Origin: Kudoa neothunni
Lineage: Eukaryota; Animalia; Cnidaria
Length of the DNA stretch: 64,000 bases
Direction: 5' to 3'
NCBI GenBank assembly: GCA_964304625.1
Contig: OZ199839.1
Location: forward strand, 2,438,058-2,502,057
Shown here: in pieces, positions 13,035 to 27,231 of the stretch
Position numbering within the stretch: the first letter of the stretch is position 1
Layout: the number at the start of each line of letters is the position of its first letter
The notes under the pieces: generated by a model
What the model was told of the DNA's origin: nothing
The model's input: the letters and a program-made list of their open reading frames with translations, nothing else
Database searches by the model: none
Position numbers and translations under genes: made by a program

Positions 13035-15756
13035 TGATTTGTACAAGGCTACAACAACCCAATAAATCCGTGGTTTTGAGAAACAAAGACTTCAAGAGCA
13101 AAAATTCAACGATATATAGACTACGAAATTAATTATTTACTATACAATATAGATATTATCAATACGGCTTTAAACTACATATTTCAAATATAATTTTGTT
13201 CGAAGATTAATTCTATATTTAGAAACATCATGTAATTTTCAGCGAGTCGTAAACAGCACACAAATCCCTCATAGGTTAATAAAAATATGAGCATTAACCC
13301 ATGGACAATAATAGAATATAATATACGGAATAGTTCGAATAGAATAATGAAGGTAATTTATTGATTGAGGAATTTTGTTACTGATACAAATTGAAAGAAA
13401 TTTAGTATTATCTATTATAATAAAGAGTGTGAAGATTACATTTGAATGCAAAATTTAAATAAAACACACTAATTATAAAAATTAACACATATTTGATAGT
13501 TGAAAAATAAAAATAAAAGCTTTCAGTAATTCATCCATAATCAACCTATTATTTGACATAATTGAACGCCGAAATATTATTCAATATCGTAGTTCAAACG
13601 TTCTACTGAGATATGATACAGAATTGCGAATTTAATACGAAACAATTAGGACTTTTTATTCTATCAACGACAACTTATCAAACATGAAAATATATCACTC
13701 GTTAATAAAACAACAAAACATAAAACATTTGCGAAAAACCTAAATCGCGCAAGCGCTTAATAATAATAATAATCATCAAATATTTATTCAAAGTACGACA
13801 AAACTATTCTTAGATTTAAAAAAATACAATTATCAACAGTTCAAAAAAATTATCTTAAAATTCAACTCAAAATTAATTATATCAAAAGATACGAGTAAAA
13901 AATATAAGCTTGTTATTGACAAATATTCATGTAGCGAAGTATCGATCAATCAACTAAGTAGAAAAATCCGTATTCATAGCTGTAAATAATCGCAATAAAT
14001 AGAATATTTGACAGATGAGTTAGGGCTGAAATGTTAACCGAATATTTCCGAATGAAAAAACCAATCACAAATTTGTCCCATCTATACACCTGAATTGAAA
14101 TCTCAATCAGATGTGGATCGCAATAGAATCGACCAACTATTCAACAATTTTGGCGTATTCTCGATACCATAGAAGAAGAATTAACCCCAAATAAGCAATT
14201 TACGCAGGACACAAGGATTAAAATTGGCACCGAAGATCCGCGACTTAAAATACGTCTATGGTGTCCCCACTGGTGGGTCTATCTTTCAGTCTCAGCTAGA
14301 TAGTTATCAAAATAACTCTGAAACATCGAGAATAATGATGGGCAATATCATCCGAGTTATCTGGTTCACCCAGAATAATCCAGTTGGCACTTAACCTCAG
14401 GTAAAGTTCGCAGTAACCTCGGTGATACGCCACTGCTACCCCCTATCTGTATTGCTATTTCCACTGGGTGAACTTTCCAAAATCAATTGGCAGGTTACTG
14501 AGGACGGAAATAAAGATAAAGTTTTGAGATGTAACCCTTCAAACATGCGTACGCAGTCATCTCATAGGGTCCAAAATATTGAATGCGTAGGAAATATTTC
14601 AACGCGGCAATCACATTAATAACTAAATGTATCACACAATCCACGAAAGTGTATTCTCATCATTCAATAAATCACTTTTAGGTCGATTGAAATTTGTGGT
14701 ATTTTGACATATATCCACCACTCGCTTAAGACCAACCAACTCACATTTGATAATTAATACAACAACTCAAAATAGAATCAACCCCATTAGATATTAGCTG
14801 AAATTGTGCAATAATAAATGGTGTTTCACTTTAAAAAGTTGGTTACAATGATACCCGACTTACATTCAACTACAGCTGGCACTTTGTATTGTTACGCCAG
14901 TTTTAGTTGTGCGATGGATGTGGATCCTCCTCTTCGCCTCGATTAATCCACCATCACACTGACGCTGTTGAAATTACTAGCTGGATTAATGTTGATATTC
15001 AACTAATCCATGTATAGAACCTCGTTATTGATCGCTAATTGATGTGGATATTGACGTGACACGATGTCGATCAATCTGGGTTGGTTTTGACGTTGGTAGA
15101 TACCGATCCATCCACCCACCAATAACAACACATATTGGTGTTGATATTATTCAACTTATAATATAATATAACAAGCTGTTGGCTTTTGGTTGATTGAATA
15201 CAATGTACACATTGTTTGGTGGGAAATTAAACACCAGCCGATGGTTGAATAAGATAGTGTGCGTAGGTGGTAGGTAGGTTTTGTGTTTTGGCACACCTCC
15301 CCACCACCATAAATAATGTCTCATTACAACCATATTCCACAATTGTTTATTGTCATGGATGTTGTTGTGAACTGTTTTTACAACAGCTAATATTGATTAT
15401 CTGCAGATTAAAGTTAATCTGCCAATGAGTTCCTTTTAATGTTTCAGCTCAATGCGTAGGCACTGTAAGCTGGTGTGTGCTTTGAAGCATATTTTTGGGA
15501 TTGTGTTGGGTGGTTTTTGTGGAGGCTGCTCGTTTTCAGAGTGTGGTTACGTTGATAATCCACCACAACTCGCTATCGTATTGTCGCTCTATTCATCCAG
15601 TTGATAATAAACTCCAAGGATTTGAATAGGCAGGTATCACCATTAATACCTACTCGATAATTTTAATACCGTTTAATTACGTATTTAATCGCTGAAATAA
15701 CACCGAGTTAACATCTGTGAAAAACATTCCTGGGCGATTCTTCCACACTATTTGGT

Positions 15757-17965
15757 ATGCTTGCACGTATGTTGAATAGTAGAAATAGAGAAGATACTAT
15801 ATCACCGCTTGTCGACTCGTCGACAACCACCAACAATCTCTGTTTACCAACCACTGCTACAACTTCCACTAGCAGTAACCCAACCACCAACAGTCTTATT
15901 CATCATTCATCAAATGATAATACCACAACCGATCAGGATCAGGATCAAGACCAGGAACAGGATCAGGACCAAGATCAGCTAGATGATGAGGAAGATGGGG
16001 CGGATAACTTCTCACCGCCATCAAATCCAACATACAAAATTGAATCCAACCCAATTTCGTCGTTTTCTCTATCCACTTGTGATATTGCCAGCTTTGGTAG
16101 TGATTTTTTGAGTGGTGGACAATTCTCCAACCTCTATCAATCCAACCAGTCCACAGATAAATCCGATCTAACATTGATGGATTCATCTGTCAAAATGGCA
16201 GCTTTGAAATTGAAACACCTGGAAGAATTGTTAATGAATCTCACCAACTCCCAAATCAACCATCTTGAAGTCAATATCAATAACACTAATAATATTGGCG
16301 ATGAAACTCAATTGGATTTGTTTCATCTCACAAAATCTATAGTTCAGAAAATGAACTCCGACTCACCCCATCTCACCAATCATGCTCTTTTCAATGTCGA
16401 TAATGGTCATTCGTTTTTGGATCGTGATAATTCTATCAATCCACTCCAAAATTACATTCCAAATAAGGCTGTCGAGAATTGTATGCAATCCCGAAATGTG
16501 GCACCGATTTTATGTGAATACGTTGCCGCAAAAAGTCTCTTGTCGAAAAAGTTGAAATCATCCCTGGCCAATGTAAACGCTCTCAGAAATGTCCTGTTGA
16601 AATTGGACTCTCCCAAAAATTGTATATCCATTCCTACCAATCAAAAAATGTTGTTTGGAAACAACTATTCTCGCTTGAAGAATTCTCCTCCTGTGAATGG
16701 TTCACCCCGCCAAACTCACCACCAACGGTTGTAGTGGTTCGTCGACTGTGAGCTCCAACTCCAACTTATCAAATGAACCGACAGAATCTGTCACAAATTT
16801 TCCAAATCGTTTAAGAATGTTTGATTGCAACAGAAAACATATTATTATGACATCACTCCCTCACCAGTGTATCAGAATGTTTAACAAACAAGCACATGTC
16901 AACTCTAGAAAAGCAGCATTCCAAAAAAGGACTCATATTAACGATATTCACATCTACAAATTGTTTGATCGAATCATTGAGGATGTGCCGAATGGTGTAC
17001 CGTTCAAACCGATGCATCGTGCTCGAAAACGACGCTCATTTTCCCAACTTATTTGGATGGCTGATTTTAACGACTCCACTGTAAATAACACCAACACACA
17101 GCTTTCCAATCATAACAATTCCACAAATGGCGTTATTGGAATTGAATCGTCGTACAAAACCGAAGGCGCCACCCTTAGAGCCAGATCTTGTCGTCGTGAC
17201 TACAGCTCACTTTTCGATTTGAGCTCCAATGATGATGATTATGTGGGTCGTGATGATCAACATATATTGGATGACTTCGATTCTGATTCTATATCTACTG
17301 CTAATGATGGTCGTCGTCTTTCTATGTCCAACTCTCATATCAGGCGTCTACATCATTCTTCCGCCGTCACACATGGTCCTCGCAAAAGCTATCTCTCCAG
17401 ATTGGATAGCTCCCTCAATTTGAACCACCACAAATCTAATATTTCCTCCCATCTGCTGGATAACAACTCCAAAAATGGATCACTAAACAAACAACCCCAA
17501 CCCAAAAGTGTCTATGATTATGTGATCCTTCCCGCCGAACTCATGCCTGTTGTGCACATTGAACCAATTGTATATAAAGAGGTTGTCACTCCGATGTGGT
17601 ACACGGTTGATGATAGTCGAATGGATTGGCTGAAAAATTGTCTCAAAAATAAACCAACTCAACCTACCACCACAAATCCATCCACCCCTACTACCAATAC
17701 CAACAAAATCGATTCAGATACACTCACCGATGATGAACACTTCAATCAAATGCACATCCAGTATGAGAACGCTGAAAAAGAAAGACTCCTCGAGAAAGCT
17801 CGTCAAGAGAGTAACTCTTCCGACCCCAGTGTGACCGCTGTTGAGACGTCTGTACCAGCTTCAATAACAACCACCCCTACCGATATTGTTTCGTGTAACC
17901 TTTCGAAAAAAGTTGTAAGGTCTAGTAATGGCCGTTTTACCAAACTGTCCACTGGAGAAAATTAA
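15757..17965 (+). CDS. KANSL1: KAT8 regulatory NSL complex subunit 1-like (PEHE domain); CDS apparently intronless with one apparent frameshift
   Basis: C-terminal YDYVILPAELMPVVHIEPIVYKEVVTPMWYTVD and DTLTDDEHFNQMHIQYENAEKER match the KANSL1/NSL1 pre-PEHE and PEHE motifs. ORFs 15757-16734 and 16697-17965 join if one C of CCCC at 16705-16708 is removed. Confidence 0.75.
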
Positions 17966-18389
17966 TCCACCCCACTTTGTGTAAATTTGAAAACACTGAT
18001 GATCTCCTGGCAATCAGTGATAGTCTATCTATGGACTATTTTCTCGCTCACCATAGATGACCGATCATCTTCCTTAGCTGTTAGGATACCCACAAATATG
18101 TTTCTTTTTATACATGTCTTGATTTTTATTGGTCGTTTTTTGCTGTTTCGCGATTATTCATTCTAATTGGTCATATTATTAAATGTCGTGCGATGAGTTA
18201 TTAATTGTTACATGTATTCTGTTGTTTTTGTGTATTATAGTGAAAACTATAAGTGTGTTGTTTAGTGATAAAGTTATTATTTAACGTTTGAGTCGGGATA
18301 TTTATTATGTAATTAAAAAAATAGATCGATATTTAACTTTAATTAATGACAGAGGTAGGTTATTGGCACGGTATAATTTAGTATTTAAC

Positions 18390-18561
18390 CAGCGCTTCCC
18401 AACTAAAACTGGACTCGCATCCCCATTTTTTGACAAAACGAAATTCGCACCTCTTTCTTTGCATACGGTAAGGTGTAACTGATTTAAAATTTATCAAAAA
18501 TTATTTTCAATTTTGATGAGGTCTCGCACCACCTGAGACCCAACGTTTGCAGAAACCCCTG
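18390..18561. mobile_element. hAT (Charlie/MER5-like) MITE, family B
   Basis: Ends CAGCGCTTCCCAA...GAAACCCCTG. A second, clearly similar copy lies at 47246-47411. Confidence 0.75.
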
Positions 18562-20633
18562 TCCTAATCGGAATGTACGCTTGTGCACTGGAAGTTTTTA
18601 ATCTCACAATCTCTTACTTACAAGCTTTTTACAGATTTAATTTTTTAGAGTCCGCTACATTTAAATATTATTAGACTCTAAGAGCGAATCGGTGGGTCAT
18701 AAATAATTATACATAGCCAAACTAATGTTACTTGAATATCTTTAACCGTTCCAATAGCCACTTTCTTAATTGAATTATAAGATTTATGAAATTACTCGAG
18801 ATATAATAATAAATATTAGCTGTTAAATTAATTGTTAAAAATTTCAAAAAAATTAGGATGGGTGAAATGATACGACTGACCTTAATGACGCGAATAAAAT
18901 TATATTCTATTTGTAACGTGAAAATAGGATTAATTTTTACACATTTTTAAGTTATGGTTTAACAAAAAAAATGGGAATATTTTCTAAAAAAAGATTTCTT
19001 TGATTTGGATAGCCTTCGTTTTGATTAGATTTTATTATTTCTGCTTTATATACGCGAAACCATGGATCAAGAATGATCGTTGCGCACGTGTAAAATGCCA
19101 CCTAGGATTAAATCGATTCGTGAATTGTTATTTAAAATGCAAGTATCGAGACCACTCGAGAATTGAAATCAGGAGACCGAGAGGATCATACGAATTTTTT
19201 GAGGGTTAGTTAAAACGTTGTACGCCCACATCCACTCACTACAGAGAAATAGGCTTTGGGTAATGATTTTAATCTCCCATTTGATTCTACGAAATACATA
19301 AGTCACTCGATTTGAAGATGTAACTTTAAATTTAGAATAATAGAAACATATTTTAAAACATTATAATCTGTCTTTTCTTTTAAAACGGAATAAAAAACTT
19401 ATCTATCTGGTACATGCGTGCTCGTGTTATGCGTCGTTAATTCATGGATTCTGCGTAGTAATTTTGATTTCCCTTTTAATGATGCAAAATAAATAAGTCA
19501 CCGTATGTAAAATTTTGTGAAAAATGTCCGGCTACGCCTGGAATCCAAACTATGCTACATTGAAAAATCTCTTAACGCCTTTTCAAAAATACACTAATCC
19601 TCTATATTAAACCAGCGAAGTATGTATAGATTCCACAAATTGTATAATAGAAAACTTAAAATACAATAGTTATTTGTTGGAAAATATACATACAATTTGA
19701 TTGGTCAAACTTTTTACATTTAATAAGCAAAATACTGATATAGGCAGATGCTTATTGCACCTGTTTAATTTGTAAAACTTACCTTATCGAAAGATAAATA
19801 CTAAAAAATTAACTGATGAACAATTTTTTTACAATTTATGATTCTAACAAATTCAAAAACTTGGTCATATTGTTATTATAGGAATCTAATGATATAATTA
19901 TAACGATAAAATTATTATAACTTTTGCTGTAAATTAAATAATTCAACAAAAAAAACTTATAAACTAAAATATCTATTGATTAATTTTACTTTGGTTTTAA
20001 AAATTTCGTAGTTGACATTTAGTTATTGAAAAAGAGCCTAATTTATAATAGGACGCGTATAGTTTGTTAAATGATTGAGTCATGTTGAAAACAGGAAATA
20101 GGAAATGTTATGAAATTTTTATAAAAAATAAACTTTACTTAAAGGTTAATATATAAACCATAAAGTGTGTTTTCATTGGTTTTTGTAAATTTGACAAAGA
20201 TTTCACTTGCGCTGAAGATTTTATATTCGGGATTTAGTATCAAAATTAAAAATTATCATAATTTCCTGAATTCTTGCCACCGCTATACTTTTATTATGAA
20301 TTATCACGAGAAAACGTTGCAAAAAGGGGATGTTTTTTTAGATGCCTAATCCTACTCTGTTACCTCTCCTAGAACTCGTCTCTTCCGATATGAATAAATA
20401 TTCATTTATCTAAATTTACGTAAATATAAAATTTAAAATATAGTTATAAAATATGTAATTAAAATATCTACTATGAACAAGGTACAGCTATAGTTAACTA
20501 AATCCTAGGCATTATTTAATATTAATATTTTATTCTGGACTAGCGCTATCAAAAAGATCACTCAAACAAATGTTTAGTTTAAATCGTTTATTAATACATT
20601 CATAAAAATGTTTAACACATGATATTGCTTTAA

Positions 20634-21521
20634 CACTCTAAGGTTAAGGTACACAACAATGACTACACTCCAAAGAACTTGGGGTCTTTTGGACCCCAAG
20701 TTTTTATTTTACGGTAGTTAATAAAAAAATATTTCAAAATACCATACAAACATTAAGAAATTTCTAATCACAGAATTTCGAGAAAAATGTGATTCATTGA
20801 ACCGGTTAATTCTACAAAATTCTATTCGGTAGGCTTATATAACGTTTCGTCAATTTTCGTGTAAATAAATCAACAATCTTTCATACTATAGAGAGAGAAA
20901 TAAACATAAAGGAAACAAAAAATTTTTGAATATTGCAACTAATAGATTTGTATTTTGAACACTGATTATACTTACTCGAATAATGAAATCGACCAAAATA
21001 TCGTCACCACTAATGTAATGACTAATGAATCGAATAGTTTTTATTTATCATTTTGGCGAGTAAACATTTGCAGAATACTTTCTTAAAGTTTGATTCCATT
21101 ATTTCGATTTCTTAGGAACAATATGAATCGGGTGTTTTAGTTACATTCTGGTCCTTTGATTGTTAACAAGTAATGGTTAGTAGAAACATAATAAACATTA
21201 GATTGCTTAATTTTAAACGTCCAAGATTGATTAAAAACCTAAGAATTAACATTCTAAACATGCAACATCTATCACTCTTTATATTATCGTTCAGTGAGCT
21301 TCTACAAAGTATTATATTAACTTGTCCAATGAATCATCTTTTTCTCATTTTTTTGTTAACTATCGTAAAATAAAAACCTGGATCCAAAAACCCCAAGTTC
21401 GCTGGAGTGTAATTTTTTATTTCAATATGAAATTTTGTTAATTTTTTTTTAAAGTTTAATAAGTAACATAACCAATTTAATACTACTTTGGGTTCCAAAA
21501 GACCCCAAGTTCGTTAGAGGG
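20634..21521. mobile_element. Degenerate piggyBac-type non-autonomous element
   Basis: TTAA-CACTCTAA left end and TTAGAGGG-TTA right end. Subterminal inverted repeats gaacttggggtcttttggacccc / ggttccaaaagaccccaagttc, the latter occurring twice. Confidence 0.6.
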
Positions 21522-23420
21522 TTACTGAAATATTTATATGCAGAAAAATCACACATCCGGATTACGTCGAGTATTCTTAGATAATAAATGTTTTATTTTA
21601 AAGCGGCGGTTTAAAAGATCAATATTGTAAACTACTTATGACTTTTATCATTTTATCAACAATTTAATAGGGATGAACCATTTTTTCCTAGTGGTTTTAA
21701 GAATCTCCTCTAAAATAAATAAGTCGAATCTCGGGCGAAGCTGGTTATCTCGTGATATTATTAAGTATTTTGATTAAACTTATCACGGTCGTAAAAATGA
21801 TATTTTATAAAATTATGAGTTTAATTTTTTCATCAGCGATCTAAACGAGGGATTAATTTATTCGTTTAATGCTTCAAGATGTTCGTCTATAAAAAATAAG
21901 CCCAGTTGAAGTCATGTTTTCGCGCTAATGTATATGGCGTTCTAGTTTAAATTTTTACATGCCAACAGACAACGTTTAATAAATATATTTTAAAAAGATC
22001 AATACAGTATTTCAAATTTATTTCTTCAAGTTTACTTGCCCTGTTTGATCGCGTCACTCAATCATAATAATCGACAATAATAATTATGAAATAAATTTTA
22101 AAAAGCCTTTTTCTTAAAACATAACTATATTTTTCCAAAAAATAAATCAACTAGAATTCAATAAAATTACTAAAGGATAAAATTTAAAAGTAACGCCGCG
22201 GTTAAATACTCATACATTCATAAAAACTGATTTTTCATATACAATCTAGTTTTTATATTTTGGTAATATAGGTTAGGTAAAATTAAGAATTAAATTTAAG
22301 TTAAAAAAGTGCGTTTTACAATAATTCACACGCTCCAATGTAGATTAGTGTGTGTTCCGACTACGCACGAGTTTCAAATTATTGTTCGCAAGAATTATTT
22401 CCTGATAATTATAAAACGGAACGCACAAACTTGGGCACTCAATGAATTTTTTTGTGGTCCGCGATGAACCCTAATTAAGTTCAGATTAATAGTATGTTTC
22501 TAAATGAAATGAAAAAAAATTCGATTATTTAATTGCAATTGATTTATCTAGTTATTGAATATTTCGAGAATATCTAACGAAGTTATTAAAAAAATTTATT
22601 TGAGTTTTTTATTATATGCGAACCATTAAGAACGAAACATCAAAACACTCTAAGTAGGCCAAAAGATTTATTGCTATTAACCACTTCACTATGTGATATA
22701 GAAAAAACGTTTATTTTATTCGAAGTTCGTGTAACAATATTAATTATTTCTCCTTAAGTGTGTATGGAGGAGAATAAAATCATACAGACATTTGGTGGAT
22801 TTACGATTTAAAAATTCGCTTGACAATGCTGGTCCGAATTTTTAGTTTAGTTAAAATAAGATTAATAATTAAAGTACGTTTATAAACTATGTGAATTAAA
22901 AAAGTATATACATTGTGTGTAAAAATCAGAGTCTCTATAAGAAAAAAAATGAAACGTAAAATAAACTTTGACAAAAATGATAAACATCGTTTAGAGCCAA
23001 TAATGAGCACATATTAAGTTAAGGGGAAATTTATACTGCACTTCACATATATCCACGCAACTATTTTTCACACCCAAAATATAGCTCATCTTTAATTTAG
23101 GTTATTTCTATTCTATTACTAAGCTAAAATGATTGAAATTCGAAAAACAAAAGTAGATGATGAAACTCTAAAATTTAATGACGCCTAGACAGAAAAATAT
23201 TTATTTTTTTTCAACAGGGACGAAGATTATTTGTTTGCTATGTCATTAGTTATTCAATTTAAAGCATTTAGTAAACTTATTAATTATGAATTATTTTGAA
23301 TATGATGTTTCGATATTAGAAAATTTATCAAAAATGTGAGTTATAACTTTAGTTTTAAATTTTCTGGCGTGAATGTTTTAGAAGGTTAAAGGACCCAAAA
23401 GTTTGTATACCACTGTTATA

Positions 23421-25402
23421 AAGCCTGTGACATCTGAAATACACCTATCTCCGCATCGTTTTCGTCACCAATATTTTTACGATTCTAATTAATAAAATAA
23501 ATAAATAAATATGACGTGCAAAAAATCAGCTCCAAGAAATAACTTCAAAATATTCGCCAATCCCACTTCGAACGCCATCGTCCCCACATGTAATCTCCCT
23601 TATGTTTGCAAAAACTTGCCAATTTCATTATTTGTTACATATTTTAACTAACTTATTAGTTATATCCAATCACTTAAATTATTTTTTACATAATCTTTTG
23701 ACCATCAAACGAGTTTAAATGTTCTATATAATGGTGTTTTATTTTACAGACTGAGCAAATAAATCTGTTCATACCCAATTGATGAAATATAAATTTGATT
23801 GTTATTTTTATGTTAAAACAAGATGTTTAATTTATAAATTTTGTTGGTAAATATTTATTCATTGGTTAAAATCAACCATGCAAAATTAAAATATTGTTTT
23901 ATTTTTAAGATTGACGTTTTAATGTGTCCATTATCTTCTACAAAAATTATAAACTATTATTTTTGTCATAAATAAAATACAGTAGTCATCAAAATATAAA
24001 ATAGACGGTTATTAAAAATCTTGTAGATAAATCCAATCAAGATGCTCGTACATTTTTAAATCATTTTCTAAACTACTGTCATTTAGTAAGTGTAAAAAAT
24101 CTAAAACGCTAAAAAACATTTTGAAATATTATTTAATAACTTATTTTATGTGATTAATTTTCATCAAATTATCTTCTGATATATTTTCTAAGTAGACATG
24201 AACATTTGCTTATTTTGCTATACGAATTATTTATTTTAACTAAATTTAGAAAACGTTATGTTTAAAAAATTAATATGTTTAATGAATTCGTAAATAACGA
24301 ATATAATGTTGTTGGAATAGTACTTTCACATGTATGTTAATCTCGATTAGTTTTAATATAGAAAAATAGACTAAAATGTACATATTTTCAAAGATAGCTT
24401 TGTAATAATCTAACTAAACTAAAGACAATTACTGATAAAGTGTTGTTGACAAGATTTATTTCTTGACACATGATAAACCAGCACCATTCTTAAATCAAGT
24501 ATTCCTTAGGACATAAGAATGATACATCCGTTCTGTAAGTACCTTATTGAGTGGTCGATCTTAACATCATCATACCCAAGCTCACCTATATCATTATAGG
24601 TTGGCCATTCGTCACTGGATATGATTGACCCTGTTGAATTTCTCTATTGATAATAGTATAGGCAAAATTTATTTATTTTTCGATGGGTGATTGGAAACCT
24701 TATCATTTTTGTTGGAAGATGAATGGATTAATTCACGCACCAAAGATAAAATATTTTAAAAATTTTGATGTTAAATTTGAGACGGACCACCTATAAGAAA
24801 GTTTGATAGAAATGTTTCATATTTGAGGTAAATTTTTACTTTCTACTTAAATATGTGAAAGCATGATTCACATTATTTCTCTCATGCACAGACTGTTTAG
24901 ATATCGGTCTGATAACATTTCTGTTCCGATTTCTCAGGATCAAACAATTGATATTTCTACAATTTTTGCAGCTGTTTTGAACTCTATGTATTAACCTTTA
25001 TAAAAAATGTATAAAAAAATATTTCATAATCAATAACGAACAAACAAAGTTATTATTGCTTTTAAACTTAGAAATTACAATTCGGAATAGCATATGATAA
25101 ACTAAACGAGTAAATAGTTAATCCTGTTTATTTGTTGATGTAAAAAAATAATTAAAATGATTTGGTATAACTTATATGTTAAAATATGTAACTAATAATG
25201 AAATTGGTAAGTTTTTACAAACATAAAAAAGATTACACATGGGGACGATGACTCTCGATGTAGGATTTAACTAAAATTTAGAAGTTATTTCTTGGAGCTG
25301 AATTTGTACACGCCATATTCAATTATTTTATTAATTAGAATCGTAAAAATATTGGCGACAAAAACGATGAGGAAATGGGTGTTTTTCAGATGTCACAGAC
25401 TT
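23421..25402. mobile_element. ~2 kb non-autonomous DNA element with ~180 bp terminal inverted repeats
   Basis: 23421-23595 (aagcctgtgacatctgaaatacacc...cagctccaagaaataacttc...catcgtccccacatgtaatct) is the reverse complement of 25230-25402. No transposase inside; superfamily unresolved. Confidence 0.8.
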
Positions 25403-25552
25403 ATCATAATCCAATTCCACTTTCGAGAATATATTTAAATTCAAAAAATAAACGGATATGGATATGCGGATTTTTAGGTGTCGACGAACTTACAAAAAGA
25501 TGTGTTTTTGAACGACGGGTAATCACAACAACGCGCGCGCAAAAACATAAAA

Positions 25553-26790
25553 ATGACTGAAAGTTTTATATTCGATATTTGTCACTTATTTGACCTCACA
25601 TTAATTAGGTAAGGATACAATATTAGAATTGATGAAATCCACAAGTGGAGTTAGCGGTGGATTCCGGGAGGTAATCGACCTTCTGGAAAAGAATCACATA
25701 GATGAAAATGGGACACCTAAGTCTATTTCCGACAAACTATCAGATGTACTAATGTTGCATAAATTTATATACGTAGGATTTAGAATATTTCAATGCTGTC
25801 GGAAAGCAAGACCGAATATCAATGCAGTTTGACGTTGGTTCAACTAATTCAACAAATCAATCTCCTTTTTTTATCCAATTCAAACATTAACACCACGCAC
25901 AATAACAAATATCAAAAGTAATACAACACGAAGGTGTGACATTAAATGTGTGTAGTTTTTGGATTATCTAAATCAACAAATTCGAAGGCATGATTCGGAC
26001 ATCCAAAATCCAATCGAATTGTCAAGCTCCGAGCATGAGGTGATTAGGTTTTAGGTTGAAATAGTAGCCACTAGTATTTAGGAATTTGAAGAATGGATAA
26101 CAACACTTGTGGCTGCTAACATCGAGACAATTTTAAAGAACCTTTGTGATATCAATGGAATTAAAAATTCTCTCCGTGACAACAAGACCGAAGGTGCTTT
26201 CTCAGATTATATACTCTATGTAAACTATTATAGATGATAGTAAGAATCATCGCGAATTTGCCCCACCATTGAGTGATCAAAAAAGACTTAATTTGGAAAA
26301 AATTGCAGATACACTTTGGACACATGTCAATTCCACCAATAATCAAATTTGTGAGAATAAATCCAAACTTGACGAACTTCAAGAGTCCAATTATTCAATT
26401 AGAACTCGTTTGAAAAACTCATTGTCTCATGTGGTAACACAGACCACACCCATTCTTGACGCCTTGTCAAAAAGTGATTCCTTCTATAAAAATATTCATC
26501 TGCACATTGAACACATGGAGACAAAAGTTGAGTATCTACAACTTAAAATGGAGCTCACCAAACAAGAACTCTACAACAACACCTACGATGAAGAGAACCT
26601 AAAAGCGCTTAACAATGTCAAAAGTCAACTGGAAAGAAAATTGTATGTGGCAAAAAATAAACTAGCTCATTACAAACGCTCGTTAGACACATACAACAAC
26701 CTTGGAGCCGATTTCAAAACTATATGTGACAAATATACCGCTCTACAGAAACAATATGACAACAAAAAATGGGCTCTTGATTCGTTATAA
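25553..26790 (+). CDS. HAUS4: HAUS augmin-like complex subunit 4, multi-exon
   Basis: C-terminal EYLQLKMEL..ELYNNTYDEENLKAL..SLDTYNNLGADFKTICDKYTALQKQYDNKKWALDSL matches the HAUS4 C-terminus. 5' exon structure is approximate. Confidence 0.8.
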
Positions 26791-27231
26791 AAATGATGAT
26801 AGATTAATTTATAAATATTGATACAATTGTTTTTTTTCTGCATACTCTTCTTTTTGATACATTTAATGAAAAGTTTAAAGCTAAAACATTGTCCATTTGA
26901 GTGTTATATGCATTTATTTTCCAAATTCATTCGCATCCGTGTACTCCAATTAATCTCTCAGGGACACATCTAGCTTGGACTGTGACTGTACGGAGGTCTT
27001 ATAAGTAGGGCGTGCAATTTTAAACGCTTTTATGCATAAAGGAGATTATACACTGATCTGCCTAAAAATCTCTGTGCTCCCAAAACACAAAGCAACTTTA
27101 CATGTAATATAATAAAATTATATTTTAATATAATTATAGTAGGATAGAGATTTTTTCTCTCGAAAAGATGTTCTCTTATCCGAAAGATCATACCTGGTCT
27201 CCGAAAAATTTAAATTGCCATTGAAGACAAC

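Noticed and set aside
16697-16734. Programmed ribosomal frameshift in KANSL1
   Set aside because: No slippery heptamer or evident stimulatory structure; it fits the window-wide homopolymer indel pattern.
15708-17423. Short alternative-frame and antisense ORFs overlapping KANSL1 (similarly those over SCYL2, HAUS4, the 28-kb gene, piggyBac and DDX24)
   Set aside because: Shadow ORFs of real coding sequence with no independent motifs.
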